DNA from: Lytechinus pictus
Lineage: Eukaryota
Assembly (NCBI RefSeq): GCF_037042905.1
Contig: NC_087245.1
Location: 4,528,001-4,592,000 of the forward strand
DNA: 64,000 bases
Direction: 5' to 3'
A model generated the notes under the pieces. It saw only the letters and a list, made by a program, of their open reading frames with translations, was not told the DNA's origin and made no database searches. Position numbers and translations under genes: made by a program. Positions 61,560 to 64,000 of the stretch are shown piece after piece; position 1 is the stretch's first letter, and each line of letters begins with the position of its first letter.

Positions 61560-64000
61560 TGTTGTTGTTGTTGTTGTTATTTTAAATAGGCAAACTAGTC
61601 AGTTTTGACTATTGTTGCCTTGTAAATTTGCTTTCCCTTTTTTTTCAAAAAGAATAATTTCTTTGTTCAATCTATATCAGTTAAAAAAAGTAAAGGAAAG
61701 ATAGGAAAGAAAAGTTCCTAGGAAATCGTGCAAGACCACCTCTCCTGCCCTGTATTAGTACGTTATCCTGACAAGCCCGCTCGAGGTACATTTCGAGGGC
61801 GTCTCAGGCGTACAAACAAATTGTACTCCCTATGTCTCTCAAACGTGAGCAGGTGGCGCTCTATCCGATACCTCGTAGAACTCCATTTAAAATTCCGCAG
61901 GTGAAAATTTATGTCAAATCGATCAGATCAATATCAACATTTTTTTTTTATAACTTTTTAACAAACAAAAAAAAACATTTACAGTAGAGTAAATACTGAC
62001 ATTCAAGGGCCATATGATAAAGTGAAAGTGACAAGAAAGGTGCACACATAGACTATTTAGGTGAAAACATCATCGATTACATCATAAACAATTTCCCCCA
62101 AGATCGATGAATAATATTATATATACACCTTGCTCAGAAAAAGTATTATGGTTACGAAGTCTTGACTACACCCTGTTGTAATGGTTGCCATCCTGGCAAC
62201 CATATTGAAATCTATAAGTCCTTTTGAAATATCTGATAAGTGCACTTTGGGTCTTTACTGCGAGATTCTCCACTTTACGTTCCGCATCAGAGATATTGTT
62301 AACATTTAATTCAGCAAGTAATAGGGCTCGTTGAATTATAAATCTAGGGCAAACATATAAGAAGTGGTAAATCGTTTCTCTTTCATTGCAGAAATCACAC
62401 TTTCCAGTTGTGTGTCTTCCCGTCTTAAAAAGGAAGTCATTCAAACCCAAACCTCCCAAACGTAATCTGTGGATAATTTTTTCACCACTTTTGTCTGTGC
62501 AGAGATAATCAAAGGGTGTTTTTTCTGATACAACTTTCTGGTATTTTCTTAATTCTGAAGTTGACTTGTCCCATCTCTTCTGCCATTCATTTCTTGCAAG
62601 GACTCTTACAATCTTTTTTGTTTCTTGGATATTCAAACCATTATTTATCTCTATTTCTTGTTTTAGGGCTGCCTTTGCATAGAAGTCAGCCGTTTCGTTT
62701 CCATTAACCCCACAGTGAGAAGGAATCCACTCTAAGCAAATCAATATACCTTTATATTTTAGACAAGTAGCGGTATTTATGATTTCTCTAACGAAATTAT
62801 CATCGTTGTTTTCCTTCACTGCTTCGATAGCACTCAGAGAATCGGTAAAAATTACCACTTTATTATAAACATTCAAATTTTCCAACCACTGCAATGCCAG
62901 AACAATGGCGACCAATTCTGATCTATACGATGATGTAAAATTTTGCATTCTTTTACATTCAATTACCCGCATAGCAGGCACGTAAAAACAAGCAGAGGCA
63001 TTGCCGTGCACCGGGTCTCTAGAACCATCAGTGTAAATATGGAGATTCTCTCTCCACTTTGTATTGATATACTCCACAGTTGTGTTATATTGATAAAAAA
63101 CGTTATCACTTTTGGATACAAGCTCATGCAGCTTCAATGACACTTCTGGTGGAGAGAGATGCCAAGGAGGCAAGGGTGTATAAGACTGAAAAGATTCAGT
63201 TGTGTAGTATATCTCATCTTCCAAAACTCTCAAACCAAAAGGTTTTCGTGCTTTCTTATTTTTTTCGTATTCAAATTGCCAACAGTTCTTCAATGAAGAT
63301 TGGAGTGGGTGTTTGGCGTTTTGTCTTATTTTTGCTTTGTAAACATTGCTAAGCATGTATCTTCTCAGATCGAGTGGTAATTCACCAGTATCTACCTGTA
63401 AGGATTCCAGGGAGGTACCCGGCAACGCCCCTGTGCACAATTTTAAAGCCTGGTATTGAATAGTCAACAAGAAGTTCTTCACATGATCATGAGCTGAATC
63501 ATATGCTTCTGCTGCATAATCCAACAATGGCCTGATGACCACTTTATAAAAAGTCAAAAGGCTTTTATAACTACTTCCCCACTTAGTTCCCACTAGTCTT
63601 TTCATTATATTTATTTTCTTTTTTGCTCTTGTTACAATCATATTTATATGTGGTCTCCATGTTAACTTTCTATCCAGTACTACTCCTAAAAATAGATGTT
63701 CGTCCTTTTGTGGTAAGGGGACCTCATCTAATTCAATCTGTACACATTTGTAAGTGTTACTAAAAAGCAAAGTAACAGATTTTTCTTTAGAAAGGGTAAA
63801 ACCCCATCTGTTGAACCACTCATTTAGGATATTCACATAGGTTTGTACTTTTCTTTTTAGAAAATCAATGTTTTTTCCACTTTTCCATATAACACAGTCG
63901 TCTGCGTATATAGAAATATTGACAGATTCGTCCATTGGTATGTCCGACAACATTAAATTGAAAAGGACGGGACTTAGGGAACTACCCTGCGGTAGCCCTT
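61560..64000 (-). mobile_element. RNase H-containing LINE including 3' UTR and (AAC)n tail
   Basis: The ORF2 above, a ~600-bp 3' UTR and a minus-strand tail CCTATTTAAAATAACAACAACAAC at ~61590-61560. A near-identical short 3' end occurs at ~57035-57068. Confidence 0.85.
62166..63998 (-). CDS. Non-LTR retrotransposon ORF2 C-terminal part: RT, RNase H, CCHC knuckle (I/Nimb-like group); continues beyond window
   Basis: Uninterrupted frame: GLPQGSSLSPVLFN, IYADD, FLGVVLDRKLTW, RNase H IYTDGS / SELVAI / IFTDSLSA / WIPSHCGVNGNETAD, and CDFC..ETIYHFLYVCP. Confidence 0.95.
   Translation of the reverse strand, partial: GLPQGSSLSPVLFNLMLSDIPMDESVNISIYADDCVIWKSGKNIDFLKRKVQTYVNILNEWFNRWGFTLSKEKSVTLLFSNTYKCVQIELDEVPLPQKDEHLFLGVVLDRKLTWRPHINMIVTRAKKKINIMKRLVGTKWGSSYKSLLTFYKVVIRPLLDYAAEAYDSAHDHVKNFLLTIQYQALKLCTGALPGTSLESLQVDTGELPLDLRRYMLSNVYKAKIRQNAKHPLQSSLKNCWQFEYEKNKKARKPFGLRVLEDEIYYTTESFQSYTPLPPWHLSPPEVSLKLHELVSKSDNVFYQYNTTVEYINTKWRENLHIYTDGSRDPVHGNASACFYVPAMRVIECKRMQNFTSSYRSELVAIVLALQWLENLNVYNKVVIFTDSLSAIEAVKENNDDNFVREIINTATCLKYKGILICLEWIPSHCGVNGNETADFYAKAALKQEIEINNGLNIQETKKIVRVLARNEWQKRWDKSTSELRKYQKVVSEKTPFDYLCTDKSGEKIIHRLRLGGLGLNDFLFKTGRHTTGKCDFCNERETIYHFLYVCPRFIIQRALLLAELNVNNISDAERKVENLAVKTQSALIRYFKRTYRFQYGCQDGNHYNRV

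Noticed and set aside
57035..61598. ~35-bp direct repeats as the TSD of a 4.5-kb insertion
   Set aside because: Better explained as two copies of the LINE 3' terminus with its (AAC)n tail.

Overview
Eukaryotic, AT-rich, very repeat-dense animal DNA; the repeat families suggest an echinoderm such as a sea urchin (inference). The only host gene I can support is kynureninase (KYNU) on the minus strand. Seven coding exons (44108 down to 2175) have canonical GT-AG splice sites and a continuous reading frame; the remaining 3' exons lie left of the window. A candidate promoter and non-coding first exon sit near 53.3-53.4 kb. The introns are packed with repeats. One ~5-kb intron is almost entirely a 61-bp satellite (~80 copies, each with a sense-strand UGCAUG), and another holds a GA-rich minisatellite. 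A 31.7-kb intron contains nested DNA transposons (hAT, Kolobok-, piggyBac-, Harbinger- and MULE-like, plus Helentron/HINE-like), including a ~14.4-kb TIR-bounded non-coding element carrying two satellite arrays and a SINE with a 7SL/Alu-like head. Upstream of the coding exons are degraded LINEs, an inverted Penelope-like element with hammerhead-ribozyme motifs, a 2.3-kb foldback element built from an 18-bp palindromic repeat, and an uninterrupted RNase H-containing LINE ORF2 running off the right end. I found no CRISPR array, rRNA or intact tRNA gene. Family assignments come from TIR, TSD and motif patterns read by eye, not from database searches.
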